Source: Spirochaetota bacterium
GTDB taxonomy: Bacteria > Spirochaetota > JAGLSM01
NCBI GenBank assembly: GCA_030634165.1
Contig: DAOWBH010000002.1
Coordinates: forward strand, 1 to 45,286
Direction: 5' to 3'
DNA length: 45,286 nt
In this document: positions 36,183 through 45,286 of the stretch, piece by piece
How the letters are laid out: every line of letters begins with the position of its first letter
How positions within the stretch are numbered: the first letter of the stretch is position 1
The notes under the pieces: generated by a model
The model's input: the letters and a program-made list of their open reading frames with translations, nothing else
What the model was told of the DNA's origin: nothing
The model's database searches: none
Translations under genes and position numbers: made by a program

Positions 36183-38204
36183 ATGGATCGTTTAAAAGAG
36201 ATGCTTGCTCAAGACGGCAATAAAAAAGTTTCTGCAAATCAATCTGATGATAAGGGATTATTGAGCAATGCCCCGCGAGATGTTTACGGCACATCTGACG
36301 GGCGTATAGTTGTGATATCTAAAACCTTAAAAAAAGCTCTTGAACGCGGCAGCGATGTCCTCGGTGAAAGTATAATGAATCTTGATTATGAAATAATCCA
36401 GCATGGCTCAAAAGGCATATTGGGAATTGGAAGTAAACCTTTTAAACTATTGATCGGTAAAGCTGTAAATCCAATTGTGCAGATGAACCAGTTTGAAGGT
36501 GCATCTACCGGTGAAGAGGAATTTCCCGGATTTGCTCATCCAAAAGATATAGAGTATGAGCCGGTTGATAAAAACGGTGAAGTAAAAGTAGTAGTAAGGA
36601 AGTCCGGTATATTTATAATAGTCTCTCCGCCAAAGGGAAGCGGTATTCCTGCAACTCAGGAACAGCTGAATAGCGAGTTATTTATGAAGAACATCAGCAA
36701 TTATGACAGAAGTCTGATTGAGCAGGCTATATCTGAAAAAACAGGAGAACAGGTAAAGATAGGTAACTGGCAGCCTCATGAAGAGTACGATTCAAAAGTT
36801 TCAATAGAGGTTACTCCTGATGAGATGAAAGCATTTGCGGTTGTCACAGCCCCTTTAAAATTTGGAAGGGTGCTGGAAGTTGAGGATATTATTTCGCATC
36901 TTGAACTAAAGGGTGTCAAGTATGGTATCCTGGAAGATTCAATAAGAAATATGCTGGATAACGGTATATATAATACCCCTACAATAGTAGGGAAAGGTAA
37001 ACCGGCTGATAACGGCAAAGATGCAGTAATAACTTATAACTTCAGGCTTAATAAAGAGGATGTGCATTTTGAAGAGGAAGAAGATGGTACTGTAGATTAC
37101 CGCAAGCTTGATTTAGTACAAAATGTAGTTGTAGGTCAGATCCTTGCAACAAAGGAACCTTCTACAATGGGTTCTCCGGGGCGTACAATTACAAATAAAC
37201 GTCTTGAGGCTAAACCCGGGAACAATATTCCGCTTTTAGCAGGTAAAAACGCGCAATTATCTGAAGACGGACTTGAAGTTGTATCTGAAATTAATGGGCA
37301 GGTTGTTTTTTTGAATCAAAAGATAAGTGTGGAACCTGTTTATGAAGTGCATGGTGATGTATCTCTTGAAACAGGAAATATAGTATTTCTGGGTACTGTC
37401 ATTATAACAGGAAGTATTGAGGACGGTTTTTCAGTTAAAGCAGCCGGGAATGTAGAGATAAGGGGTTCAGTTGGTAAGGCAAATGTAGAAGCTGAGGGGG
37501 ATATACATATAAAACAAGGTGTTCTCGGCAAAGATGCGGCAGAGATAAAAGCCGGAGGTGATATTATTGCAAAATTTATAGAACACGCAAAAATAAGTGC
37601 CGGCAGGGATGTTCTTGTATATGAGGCTATTATGCATTCGCGTGTTGATGCAGGCAGACGAGTATTGTGTATAGGTAAAAGAGCTATGGTAGTTGGAGGG
37701 AAGATAAGAGCCCGAGAAGAGGTGAATGCGAAAGAAATAGGATCAAAGGTTTCAACCGAAACAATTGTTGAGGTTGGAATAGATCCTAAATCCAGAGAAA
37801 GACTTAATTTTCTTGAAGAGGAAAAAAGAGAAGCGTTTGATGAACAGAAAAAGCTCTCCAAGGATATTATTACTCTTAAGAATATCAAGGGGACCGGTTC
37901 ACTTCCTGAAGAAAAAGAAAAAATGCTTGAGAAGTACATAGCAACAAACAGCTTAATTAACAAAAAGCTTGAAGAGGTGAACGAAGAGATAAACGAAATA
38001 AGGTCATATCTTAATGTAATAGAAAGTAAAGGGCGAATTTGTGCCTCGAAGATGGTTCATCCCGGCGCGAGAATAGTTGTAAAAAATGCTACTTTAGATG
38101 TGAAGGATAATTTCAAATTTGTTACTTTTGTACAGGAAGCTGGAAATATAAAGGTTAACCCGTATGAAGAATATGAAGAAATTGGGAAAATAGCAAGAAG
38201 ATGA
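36183..38204 (+). CDS. DUF342/FapA-family protein with a Jag_N-like N-terminal segment
   Basis: A beta-helix-like repeat core (GDVSLETGNIVFLGTVIITGSIEDGFSVKAAGNVEIRGSVGKANVEAEGDIHIKQGV...GGKIRAREEVNAKEIGS...T.VEVG) followed by a coiled coil. The N-terminus ISKTLKKALERGSDVLGESIMNLDYEIIQHGSKGILGIGSKPFKL resembles Jag_N. Confidence 0.7.
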   Translation: MDRLKEMLAQDGNKKVSANQSDDKGLLSNAPRDVYGTSDGRIVVISKTLKKALERGSDVLGESIMNLDYEIIQHGSKGILGIGSKPFKLLIGKAVNPIVQMNQFEGASTGEEEFPGFAHPKDIEYEPVDKNGEVKVVVRKSGIFIIVSPPKGSGIPATQEQLNSELFMKNISNYDRSLIEQAISEKTGEQVKIGNWQPHEEYDSKVSIEVTPDEMKAFAVVTAPLKFGRVLEVEDIISHLELKGVKYGILEDSIRNMLDNGIYNTPTIVGKGKPADNGKDAVITYNFRLNKEDVHFEEEEDGTVDYRKLDLVQNVVVGQILATKEPSTMGSPGRTITNKRLEAKPGNNIPLLAGKNAQLSEDGLEVVSEINGQVVFLNQKISVEPVYEVHGDVSLETGNIVFLGTVIITGSIEDGFSVKAAGNVEIRGSVGKANVEAEGDIHIKQGVLGKDAAEIKAGGDIIAKFIEHAKISAGRDVLVYEAIMHSRVDAGRRVLCIGKRAMVVGGKIRAREEVNAKEIGSKVSTETIVEVGIDPKSRERLNFLEEEKREAFDEQKKLSKDIITLKNIKGTGSLPEEKEKMLEKYIATNSLINKKLEEVNEEINEIRSYLNVIESKGRICASKMVHPGARIVVKNATLDVKDNFKFVTFVQEAGNIKVNPYEEYEEIGKIARR

Positions 38205-38527
38205 CGTTCAGGCCTATAGATCTGCAGGTTAATCTAAGCCATCTAAATGAAGTTGCAAAGTCGCAGCAGCATATAAAATTACAGCATCAAATTGAACAGG
38301 CTCATCACAGTGCTGAAATGAACAAGAATTCCAAACAAGCCGAATCAACAGTTAATCAGACTCAAGAAACGAATAATCAGGATTCATCTGTTAAGAATAG
38401 AAAAGAGAATCCTAATAGAAAATACAAGAATAAACATAAAAGAGATTATAAGGGTGAAGAACTTGATAATGGCTTTTCCTCAGAAGACGATGAAGACAAG
38501 GGTCATTTAATTGATACTAAACGGTAA
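38201..38527 (+). CDS. Small, highly polar hypothetical protein, translationally coupled to the DUF342 gene
   Basis: ATGA start/stop overlap at 38201-38204. 108 aa, rich in Gln/Asn/Lys/Glu, with no hydrophobic core evident. Confidence 0.5.
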   Translation: MTFRPIDLQVNLSHLNEVAKSQQHIKLQHQIEQAHHSAEMNKNSKQAESTVNQTQETNNQDSSVKNRKENPNRKYKNKHKRDYKGEELDNGFSSEDDEDKGHLIDTKR

Positions 38528-38533
38528 AAAAAT

Positions 38534-39112
38534 ATGCAGATAATGATTGTAGTTGTACTTAATATATTTTTTATTCTTTTTGTTTACAGGGTATTTTCAA
38601 AGAGAATTGCTGTTCTCGAGTCAAAAAGACTGCCTGAGAATGTAGAAAAGGAAATGAATGAGCTTTTAACTACATTTAATCAAACAGCTGACAGAAATAT
38701 TGATCTTCTGGATGACAGGCTTGATAGATTGAAGCCTATTTCAGAAAAAGCTGAAAAGCAGATTCTTTTACTTGAGGGATTATTAAAAAAGTATGAACTT
38801 TTAAAAGTTTCCAAACCTGTTTTTGTGTCAAAAAAAGAAGCAGGTAAAGTACAGCCTTCCATAACCGGTGGGATTGCAGCAAAATTGTATCAGAATTCAG
38901 TTTTAATGGATGAAAACGCCTTGGAATCTAAGCCTGCTAAAAAGAAAGCCATTAGGTCTCAAAGGAAAAAATCTGTAAAGAGTATAAACCAGAAGATCAG
39001 TCAGTTTTCAAAAAAGAATCTTTCTCCCGAAGAAATTGCCGCGAAACTGGGTATTTCAACAGAAGAGGTTCTTTTTAAATTAAAATTATTTCCATTAAGT
39101 AAAAAATCTTGA
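38534..39112 (+). CDS. Hypothetical single-pass membrane protein with a coiled coil and a C-terminal HTH-like motif
   Basis: N-terminal TM (IMIVVVLNIFFILFVYRVF), a helical middle region, a basic stretch, then LSPEEIAAKLGISTEEVLFKLKL at the C-terminus. Confidence 0.55.
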   Translation: MQIMIVVVLNIFFILFVYRVFSKRIAVLESKRLPENVEKEMNELLTTFNQTADRNIDLLDDRLDRLKPISEKAEKQILLLEGLLKKYELLKVSKPVFVSKKEAGKVQPSITGGIAAKLYQNSVLMDENALESKPAKKKAIRSQRKKSVKSINQKISQFSKKNLSPEEIAAKLGISTEEVLFKLKLFPLSKKS

Positions 39113-39365
39113 CTAAAAAATCTTGTTTTAATAGTTTTTATCAGTTATAGTGATAGTAGCTTTGGAAGTATTACAAGATAATTACCAGTGTTTAAACGCT
39201 GTTTGAGATAACATAATGATAGTTGGTTATAAATTGACTTATATTTCACCAAATTTCATTATAAACAGTATCTATAAATTAAATGCAGTATAATCTGCCT
39301 AGTGATTGTCTGTAATTATTTTTTTTAATCTTCCTTATTTTTCAAATTCTTTATTAGGTGTTAAT

Positions 39366-41201
39366 ATGTGCGGCATTGTTGGTTATATTGGTGATAAAAA
39401 TATTCATAACCTTCTTATCAGCGGGTTAAAACGTCTTGAATACCGAGGCTATGATTCGGCAGGTCTTGCTCTTTGTAAAGAAAATCAGAAAAATTTAAAG
39501 GTGTTTAGAAGCAAGGGTAAAATTGTTGAGCTTGAAAAGCTTCTTTCAAAGGTTGATGATAAATTTTCCTGTGGAATAGGTCATACCCGATGGGCAACTC
39601 ATGGGGTTCCTTCTGTTCAGAATGCCCACCCTCATGTTTCAAATGATGGGAAAATTGCGGTTGTACATAATGGGATAATTGAAAACAATGAACACCTCAG
39701 AGAGGTTCTGATTGAGGAAGGATTTAAATTTTCTTCTGAAACAGATACTGAAGTTCTTGTTCATCTTATTTCAAAATATTATAAGGATGGTGATTTATTT
39801 GAAGCTGTTTCAAGCGCTTTAAAAAATGTTGAAGGAACTTACGGTATTGCTGTTATTGCGGCTGATAAGCCGGGGGTTCTTGTAGGAGCAAAGAACGGTT
39901 CGCCATTAATTGTTGGAATTGGTGAAAACGAGATGCTTCTTGCTTCTGATGCATCTGCCCTTGGCGCTTATACTTCTGAAGCTGTTTATCTAAGCGACGG
40001 CGAAATTGTGGTTTTAAATGCTGACTCATACCATACTTACAATCTCGAGCATGTGGAAATAAACAAGGATGTTGAAGAGATTCAGATTGAAATGAGCCGT
40101 ATTGAAAAAAGCGGTTATGACCATTATATGCTTAAGGAGATATACGAACAGGATAAAACTATTAATGATTGTTTTCGTGGAAGACTTCTGCCTGAGCAGG
40201 GTATTGTAAAGCTTGGAGGACTTGCCCAGATAGAGGACAAACTTAAGGATTACAAAAAAATAACCATAACAGCCTGCGGCACGTCATGGCATGCCGCTCT
40301 TGTCGGCGAATATCTTTTTGAAGAGCTTGCCGGTATTCCTACAGAGGTTGAATATGCGTCTGAATTCAGATACCGTAATCCTGTTTTAACAAAGGATAAC
40401 CTTGTAATAGTTATATCTCAATCAGGGGAGACGGCAGATACTCTCGCGGCATTAAGAGAGGCAAAGATGAGAGGCTGTACCGTTCTTGGAATTACCAATG
40501 TCATAGGCAGTGCAATCGCAAGAGAAACAGATTGCGGTATGTATATTCATGCAGGTATTGAAATTGGAGTGGCTTCAACAAAGGCTTTTACTTCACAGGT
40601 TACAGCATTATTTCTGCTTGCTATAAAATTCGGCAGAACAGGAAAAATTTCCGGAACAAAAGGAATAGAATACCTGAAGGCTCTTATGAAGCTGCCTGAA
40701 CTGGTTAAGAAAATTTATAAAAAGAGTGAAGATATAAAAAAAATTGCTCTGGAATTTTCTTCAAAAAGAAATTTCTTGTACCTTGGTAGGGGTATTCAGT
40801 TTCCTGTTTCCCTTGAAGGGGCATTAAAGTTAAAAGAAATTTCATACATACACGCTGAGGGTTATCCTGCCGCTGAAATGAAGCATGGACCCATAGCATT
40901 GATTGATGAGGATATGCCTGTTGTGGTTCTTGCTCTTCAATATGGAGTGTATGACAAGTTGATAAGTAATATTCATGAGGTAAAGGCGCGTAAGGGAAGG
41001 GTCATAGCCATTGCAAGTGAAAATGATAAGACTATCGATAAAATAGCAGATTATGTAATAAGGGTTCCGGTTACCTTGGAAGCTCTTTCGCCTATATTGT
41101 CTGTTATTCCTCTACAGCTTTTGTCTTATTATATCGCAGTTGAGCGGGGATGTGATGTTGACCAGCCCAGAAATTTGGCAAAAAGTGTTACAGTGGAATA
41201 A
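39366..41201 (+). CDS. glmS: Glutamine--fructose-6-phosphate aminotransferase GlmS
   Basis: Starts MCGIVGYIG (catalytic Cys2) 5 nt after AGGTG. Two SIS domains follow (SQSGETADT), with a C-terminal LAKSVTVE. The track start at 39306 adds 20 implausible residues. Confidence 0.97.
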   Translation: MCGIVGYIGDKNIHNLLISGLKRLEYRGYDSAGLALCKENQKNLKVFRSKGKIVELEKLLSKVDDKFSCGIGHTRWATHGVPSVQNAHPHVSNDGKIAVVHNGIIENNEHLREVLIEEGFKFSSETDTEVLVHLISKYYKDGDLFEAVSSALKNVEGTYGIAVIAADKPGVLVGAKNGSPLIVGIGENEMLLASDASALGAYTSEAVYLSDGEIVVLNADSYHTYNLEHVEINKDVEEIQIEMSRIEKSGYDHYMLKEIYEQDKTINDCFRGRLLPEQGIVKLGGLAQIEDKLKDYKKITITACGTSWHAALVGEYLFEELAGIPTEVEYASEFRYRNPVLTKDNLVIVISQSGETADTLAALREAKMRGCTVLGITNVIGSAIARETDCGMYIHAGIEIGVASTKAFTSQVTALFLLAIKFGRTGKISGTKGIEYLKALMKLPELVKKIYKKSEDIKKIALEFSSKRNFLYLGRGIQFPVSLEGALKLKEISYIHAEGYPAAEMKHGPIALIDEDMPVVVLALQYGVYDKLISNIHEVKARKGRVIAIASENDKTIDKIADYVIRVPVTLEALSPILSVIPLQLLSYYIAVERGCDVDQPRNLAKSVTVE

Positions 41202-41231
41202 TCATTAATTTTATATAAGGAGGATACGGAC

Positions 41232-42764
41232 ATGAACGCTTTATTATACATATTACCAACTCTTGCTGTTGGTCTTTTAGTTGGTTATCTAATAAGAAGA
41301 TATATTGCGAAATTTCAGCTGTCATCAGCTGAGGAGAGGGCTAAGTATCTGATAGATGAAGCCAGGAAAGACGCTGACTCAATTAAGAGAGAAGCGATTT
41401 TTGATACCAAGGATGAGCTTTTAAAAGAAAAATCAAAATTTGAAACGGAAACCCGAGAGAGAAAAGCTGAGATTACCAAACTTGAACAACGAAATCTTCA
41501 GAAAGAAGAGAATCTGGATATAAAATTAAGCGATCAGGAGAAAAGGGAAAAAACACTCCTGACTAAGGAAAAAGTACTTGAGCAAAAATTTGAGGACAAT
41601 AAAGAGGCACAGAAAAAATTTCAAAAAGATCTGGAAAATCTTTCAGGTATGACTGCCCTGGAAGCAAAGGAAATGCTGATCACTGACCTTAAAGAAGACG
41701 CGAAGCATTCCGCAAACAAACTTATCAATAAGATTGAGACTGAAGCCAAACAGACTGCCGAACGTAAGGCAAAGGAAATAATAGTTTCTACAATACAGAG
41801 GTCTGTACCTGAAGTTGTATCTGAATCAACAGTAAGTTCTGTTGCGCTTCCAAATGATGAGATGAAGGGTAGAATAATCGGGAGAGAAGGCCGTAATATA
41901 AGAGCGATTGAGGTATTAACCGGTGTTGATGTTATAATTGACGATACTCCTGAGGCTGTTGTTATTTCATGTTTTGACCCGGTCAGACGGGAAGTTGCAA
42001 AGATATCTTTGGAACGTCTTATTACCGACGGAAGAATACATCCTGCCATGATTGAAGAGATTGTGGGTAAGGTAAAACGGGAAATTAATCAGATCATCAT
42101 AGAAGAAGGTGAAAAGGTTGTATTTGACCTGGGCGTTCATGGCATGCATCCTGATTTAGTAAAACACCTTGGACGTCTTAAATACAGAACCAGTTATGCT
42201 CAGAATGTTCTTTATCATTCCAAGACAGTGGCCAATGTATGCGGAATACTTGCCGGAGAAATTGGAGGAAACGTTAACCTTGCAATACGCGGAGGTCTTC
42301 TGCATGATATCGGGAAGGGCAGTGATGTTGAAGGCGGAGGCGGACATGCCCTGGTTGGCGCTGAAATGGCAAGACTGGCAGGAGAGACTCCTGAAGTAGT
42401 TAACATGATTGCGTCGCATCATGGGGATAAAGAGCCGACCAGTATCGAGGCAATACTTGTTGCGGCAGGAGATGCAATATCAGCGGCGAGACCCGGAGCA
42501 CGTAAGGAGACAATGGAGAGCTATATAAAGAGGCTTGAAAATCTGGAAGCAATTTCAAACAGTTTTCCGGGTGTTGAAAAATCATTTGCAATTCAAGCAG
42601 GAAGAGAACTCAGGGTAATGGTTCAAAACGATATAGTAAATGATGATGAGGCAAAAATTCTTGCAAGGGAAATATCTAAAAAGATTGAGGATGAACTCAA
42701 ATATCCGGGGGTAATAAAAGTTTCGGTTATAAGGGAGACAAGAGTAGTTGAGTACGCATCCTAG
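41232..42764 (+). CDS. rny: Ribonuclease Y
   Basis: An N-terminal TM, a coiled coil, a KH domain (GRIIGREGRNIRAIEVLTGVDVIIDD) and an HD domain (LLHDIGK...ASHHGD). Confidence 0.96.
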   Translation: MNALLYILPTLAVGLLVGYLIRRYIAKFQLSSAEERAKYLIDEARKDADSIKREAIFDTKDELLKEKSKFETETRERKAEITKLEQRNLQKEENLDIKLSDQEKREKTLLTKEKVLEQKFEDNKEAQKKFQKDLENLSGMTALEAKEMLITDLKEDAKHSANKLINKIETEAKQTAERKAKEIIVSTIQRSVPEVVSESTVSSVALPNDEMKGRIIGREGRNIRAIEVLTGVDVIIDDTPEAVVISCFDPVRREVAKISLERLITDGRIHPAMIEEIVGKVKREINQIIIEEGEKVVFDLGVHGMHPDLVKHLGRLKYRTSYAQNVLYHSKTVANVCGILAGEIGGNVNLAIRGGLLHDIGKGSDVEGGGGHALVGAEMARLAGETPEVVNMIASHHGDKEPTSIEAILVAAGDAISAARPGARKETMESYIKRLENLEAISNSFPGVEKSFAIQAGRELRVMVQNDIVNDDEAKILAREISKKIEDELKYPGVIKVSVIRETRVVEYAS

Positions 42765-42776
42765 GAATTATATTAA

Positions 42777-43589
42777 ATGAGATTTTTATTTATTGGGGAT
42801 ATAATAGGTAAGGCTGGAAGGCAGGCTTTGTTTTTAAGCCTTGCCGGACTCTTAAAAGAACATCGGATTGATTTTGTAATTGCAAATGGAGAAAATATTG
42901 CCGGCGGTTTTGGAGTTACTCCAAAAATTACTTCAGCGCTTTATTCTTACGGAATTAATGTTTTAACATCCGGTAATCATATTTGGCGTAATAAAGAAGT
43001 TTTCAAAATAATAAATTCTGAAAAACGTCTTATAAGACCTATAAACTTTCCTAAATCAGCTCCCGGTCAGGGCAGCGCTGTTTTTGAGTATAATGGAATA
43101 AAGATAGGTGTAATAAATGCTATCGGTAGAGTTTATATGGAGGCCTTTGACTGTCCATTCAGGGCGGTTAATAAAGAGGCTGAGCGGATGAATAAAGAGG
43201 GAATAAATGTTAAAATTCTCGATTTTCACGCGGAAGCAACATCTGAGAAAAATGCTATGATACATTATATGGATGGCAAGCTTAGCGCGGTTTTTGGGAC
43301 ACATACTCATGTGCAGACTGCAGATGCAAGAATTTTCCCCGGGGGAACTGCTTTTATTACAGATTTGGGAATGACAGGACCAATTGACTCGATAATAGGG
43401 GTAAAAAAGGAAATAATCATCAGAAAATTTATTACAGGGATGCCTTCCAGATTTGAAGTTGCATATTCAGATGCATATATCAGCGCGGCGGTCTGTGAGA
43501 TTGATCCTTCAACAGGAAAAGCCTCAGAAATGTACAGTTTTATGAAAAAGGTAGAAATAGATGGAAATCGATCAGATTCTGACTCATAA
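42777..43589 (+). CDS. ymdB: YmdB-family metallophosphoesterase (TIGR00282)
   Basis: MRFLFIGDIIGKAGR...ANGENIAGGFG...TSGNHIW...DFHAEATSEK...GTHTHVQTAD. The rny-ymdB pairing is conserved. Confidence 0.88.
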   Translation: MRFLFIGDIIGKAGRQALFLSLAGLLKEHRIDFVIANGENIAGGFGVTPKITSALYSYGINVLTSGNHIWRNKEVFKIINSEKRLIRPINFPKSAPGQGSAVFEYNGIKIGVINAIGRVYMEAFDCPFRAVNKEAERMNKEGINVKILDFHAEATSEKNAMIHYMDGKLSAVFGTHTHVQTADARIFPGGTAFITDLGMTGPIDSIIGVKKEIIIRKFITGMPSRFEVAYSDAYISAAVCEIDPSTGKASEMYSFMKKVEIDGNRSDSDS

Positions 43590-44448
43590 AGCGGGGATGG
43601 TTGAAGCTTATCTCTTAAAATATTTTAATTCCTTCAATCTTGAAGAGAGATATCCCAGGAATTTGATAGAAGCTTCAAAATATTCTCTTTTTTCCAACGG
43701 GAAAAGATTTCGGCCTGTACTGGCTCTCCTGGTAAATGATCTGTTTGATTCTGATCCTGAACTTGTTATGCCCTTTGCTGCTGCTGTTGAATTGATACAC
43801 ACTTACTCATTAATTCATGATGATTTGCCTGCTATGGATGATGATGATTTAAGAAGAGGTCTTCCAACCTGTCATGTTAAGTATGGAGAATCAACAGCAA
43901 TTCTTGCCGGAGACGCGCTTCTAACCGAAGTAATGAGTTTAATATCTCTTTTGGATATTAATGCCGATGCTCTTAAAAAGGTTTTAAGGAAGCTTGCTGT
44001 GTGTTCCGGATTTTTTGGAATGGTCGCAGGTCAGACTGCGGATTTAATGGCTGAAAAAAAATCTCCGGACGCGGAAGATCTTGATTTTATACATAGACAT
44101 AAAACAGGTGCATTAATTGAAGCATCAGTTGTAATTCCCGGAATAATTAATTCCGCGGCTGATTTACAGATAGACGCCCTATCTCTATACGGGAGGAATC
44201 TTGGACTTGCTTTTCAAATTGAGGATGATATTCTGGATGTTGAAGGTGATGAACAGATACTGGGTAAACCCATTGGTTCTGATGAAGGTCTCGAGAAAAC
44301 AACCTACGTGAGCCTTTATGGAATAAAAAAGGCAAAAAAAATGGCAGCCAAAATAATTGAAGAAGCCAAAGACTCACTGGATATTTTCCCCAAAAACACA
44401 CTCCAGCTGAAAATGCTTGCAGACTTTTGCGTTAACAGACAAAAATAG
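43561..44448 (+). CDS. ispA: Polyprenyl (farnesyl/geranylgeranyl) diphosphate synthase
   Basis: First Asp-rich motif LIHDDLPAMDDDDLRRG and second motif FQIEDDILD. Overlaps ymdB by 29 nt. An alternative ATG at 43597 would remove the overlap. Confidence 0.88.
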   Translation: MEIDQILTHKAGMVEAYLLKYFNSFNLEERYPRNLIEASKYSLFSNGKRFRPVLALLVNDLFDSDPELVMPFAAAVELIHTYSLIHDDLPAMDDDDLRRGLPTCHVKYGESTAILAGDALLTEVMSLISLLDINADALKKVLRKLAVCSGFFGMVAGQTADLMAEKKSPDAEDLDFIHRHKTGALIEASVVIPGIINSAADLQIDALSLYGRNLGLAFQIEDDILDVEGDEQILGKPIGSDEGLEKTTYVSLYGIKKAKKMAAKIIEEAKDSLDIFPKNTLQLKMLADFCVNRQK

Positions 44449-44477
44449 AAAGAAAAAAATAAAAAGATAAAATCAAA

Positions 44478-45286
44478 ATGAAAAAACGGATAGATATCCT
44501 TCTTTATGAATCTGGTCATTTCACATCCAGAGAAAAGGTCAAAAGAGCTATTATGGCCGGTGAAGTATATCATTTAACTAATCAGGTTACAAAATCTTCA
44601 CTGATGATAGATGAACAGGATATAAAAAATATAACCATTAAATCGAAGGATTCTGCGGTTTCAAGAGGTTATTATAAGTTAGAAAAAGCGCTAAAACTAT
44701 TTAATGTACCGGTTAAAGACAGAGTATGTATTGATGTAGGTTCTTCAACAGGTGGATTTACCCAATGTCTTCTAGAAAAAGGTGCTTCCCTTGTGTATGC
44801 TGTTGACTGCGGTACAAATCAGCTTGACTACAAACTACGGAAAGATAACCGTGTTGTAGTCATGGAAAAAACAAACGCGCGGATTTTAACTAAAGAATCA
44901 TTTACTGATTTGCCTGTATTGCTTACCATGGATGTATCATTTATTTCGGTTGTAAAAATTTTTGATGCTGTTTTCAAGACACTCGATATTCCTTTCTCTA
45001 TTATTCTTGTAAAACCTCAGTTTGAAGCAGGTAAAGAAAATATCGGGAAAGGTGGTATTGTAAGAGATAATCAGGTATATAAAAATGTTTTAACATCCGT
45101 TATAGCTGAAGCAGAAAAATACGGGAGACAACCTGCCGGCTTAAGCTTTTCACCGATTAAAGGAACCAAGGGGAATATTGAATTTCTGCTTTATTTAATA
45201 AAGGCTCCAAAAAATGATGAAGAATTATTTAATCAGGATCTTGAGATTGATAAATCAATTAATGAGGCGCTTAAGAATTTGGATTA
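44478..45286 (+). CDS. tlyA: TlyA-family rRNA 2'-O-methyltransferase (S4 plus FtsJ domains), 3' end beyond the window
   Basis: My own translation from the ATG at 44478 reads MKKRIDILLYESGHFTSREKVKRAIMAGEV...SRGYYKLEKAL...CIDVGSSTGGFTQCLLEKGA..VYAVDCGTNQL...DVSFIS...LVKPQFEAGKENIGKGGIVRD...GTKGNIEFLLYL. No stop codon occurs before the window ends, which is why it is missing from the ORF track. Confidence 0.9.
   Translation, partial: MKKRIDILLYESGHFTSREKVKRAIMAGEVYHLTNQVTKSSLMIDEQDIKNITIKSKDSAVSRGYYKLEKALKLFNVPVKDRVCIDVGSSTGGFTQCLLEKGASLVYAVDCGTNQLDYKLRKDNRVVVMEKTNARILTKESFTDLPVLLTMDVSFISVVKIFDAVFKTLDIPFSIILVKPQFEAGKENIGKGGIVRDNQVYKNVLTSVIAEAEKYGRQPAGLSFSPIKGTKGNIEFLLYLIKAPKNDEELFNQDLEIDKSINEALKNLD

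Noticed and set aside
37340-37963. Long antisense ORFs: 37340-37963, 33529-34017, 22855-23310, 41621-42049, 11227-11643 and 25164-25499, all on the minus strand
   Set aside because: Each lies opposite a confidently identified conserved gene. Their products are Ser/Phe/Leu/Ile-rich low-complexity sequences typical of the reverse frame of Lys/Glu-rich AT-biased genes. None has an SD or a recognisable motif.
39113-39365. Possible glmS ribozyme in the 253-nt leader of glmS
   Set aside because: The region is extremely AT-rich. It lacks the GC-rich conserved core segments and nested pseudoknot helices of the glmS ribozyme. Only promoter-like AT elements are visible, for example TTGACT at 39234 and TATAAT at 39289.
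43561-43589. 29-nt overlap between ymdB and ispA as a sign of a frameshift or fusion
   Set aside because: Both reading frames are intact with full-length conserved domains. The overlap disappears if ispA starts at the ATG at 43597. It is an ordinary start-site ambiguity.

Overview
AT-rich chromosomal segment that looks spirochaetal: it has a FlaA sheath protein, FlbB, FlbD, a FliY-type switch protein, and groEL without groES. Bases 9288-36094 form one same-strand flagellar cluster, running flgB-flgC-fliE-fliF-fliG-fliH-fliI-fliJ, an SLT transglycosylase, flbB-fliK-flgD-flgE-flbD-motAB-fliLM-fliY-fliOPQR-flhBA-flhFG, and ending at the sigma-28 gene fliA. Three poorly characterised genes follow it: a DUF342/FapA-like protein and two small ORFs. 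Upstream lie the 3' part of a repeat-bearing GerMN-domain membrane protein, flaA, tRNA-Phe, tRNA-Thr, groEL, a minus-strand regulator with two cNMP-binding domains, a 458-aa orphan and a DEAD-box helicase. Downstream are the housekeeping genes glmS, rny, ymdB-like, ispA and a 3'-truncated tlyA. I saw no CRISPR array, transposase, integrase, phage gene or recognisable defence system, so most of the window is conserved core biology. The observations most worth follow-up are: a near-consensus sigma-28 promoter inside the cluster upstream of fliL, which would put fliA under its own control; strong hairpins and a 15-nt tandem repeat flanking the hook gene flgE; an SLT enzyme with no signal peptide embedded in the operon; the uncharacterised genes flanking fliA; and a 63-nt in-frame tandem repeat array cut by the window edge. 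All functional calls come from reading the translated ORFs and motifs by eye. No database search was run.
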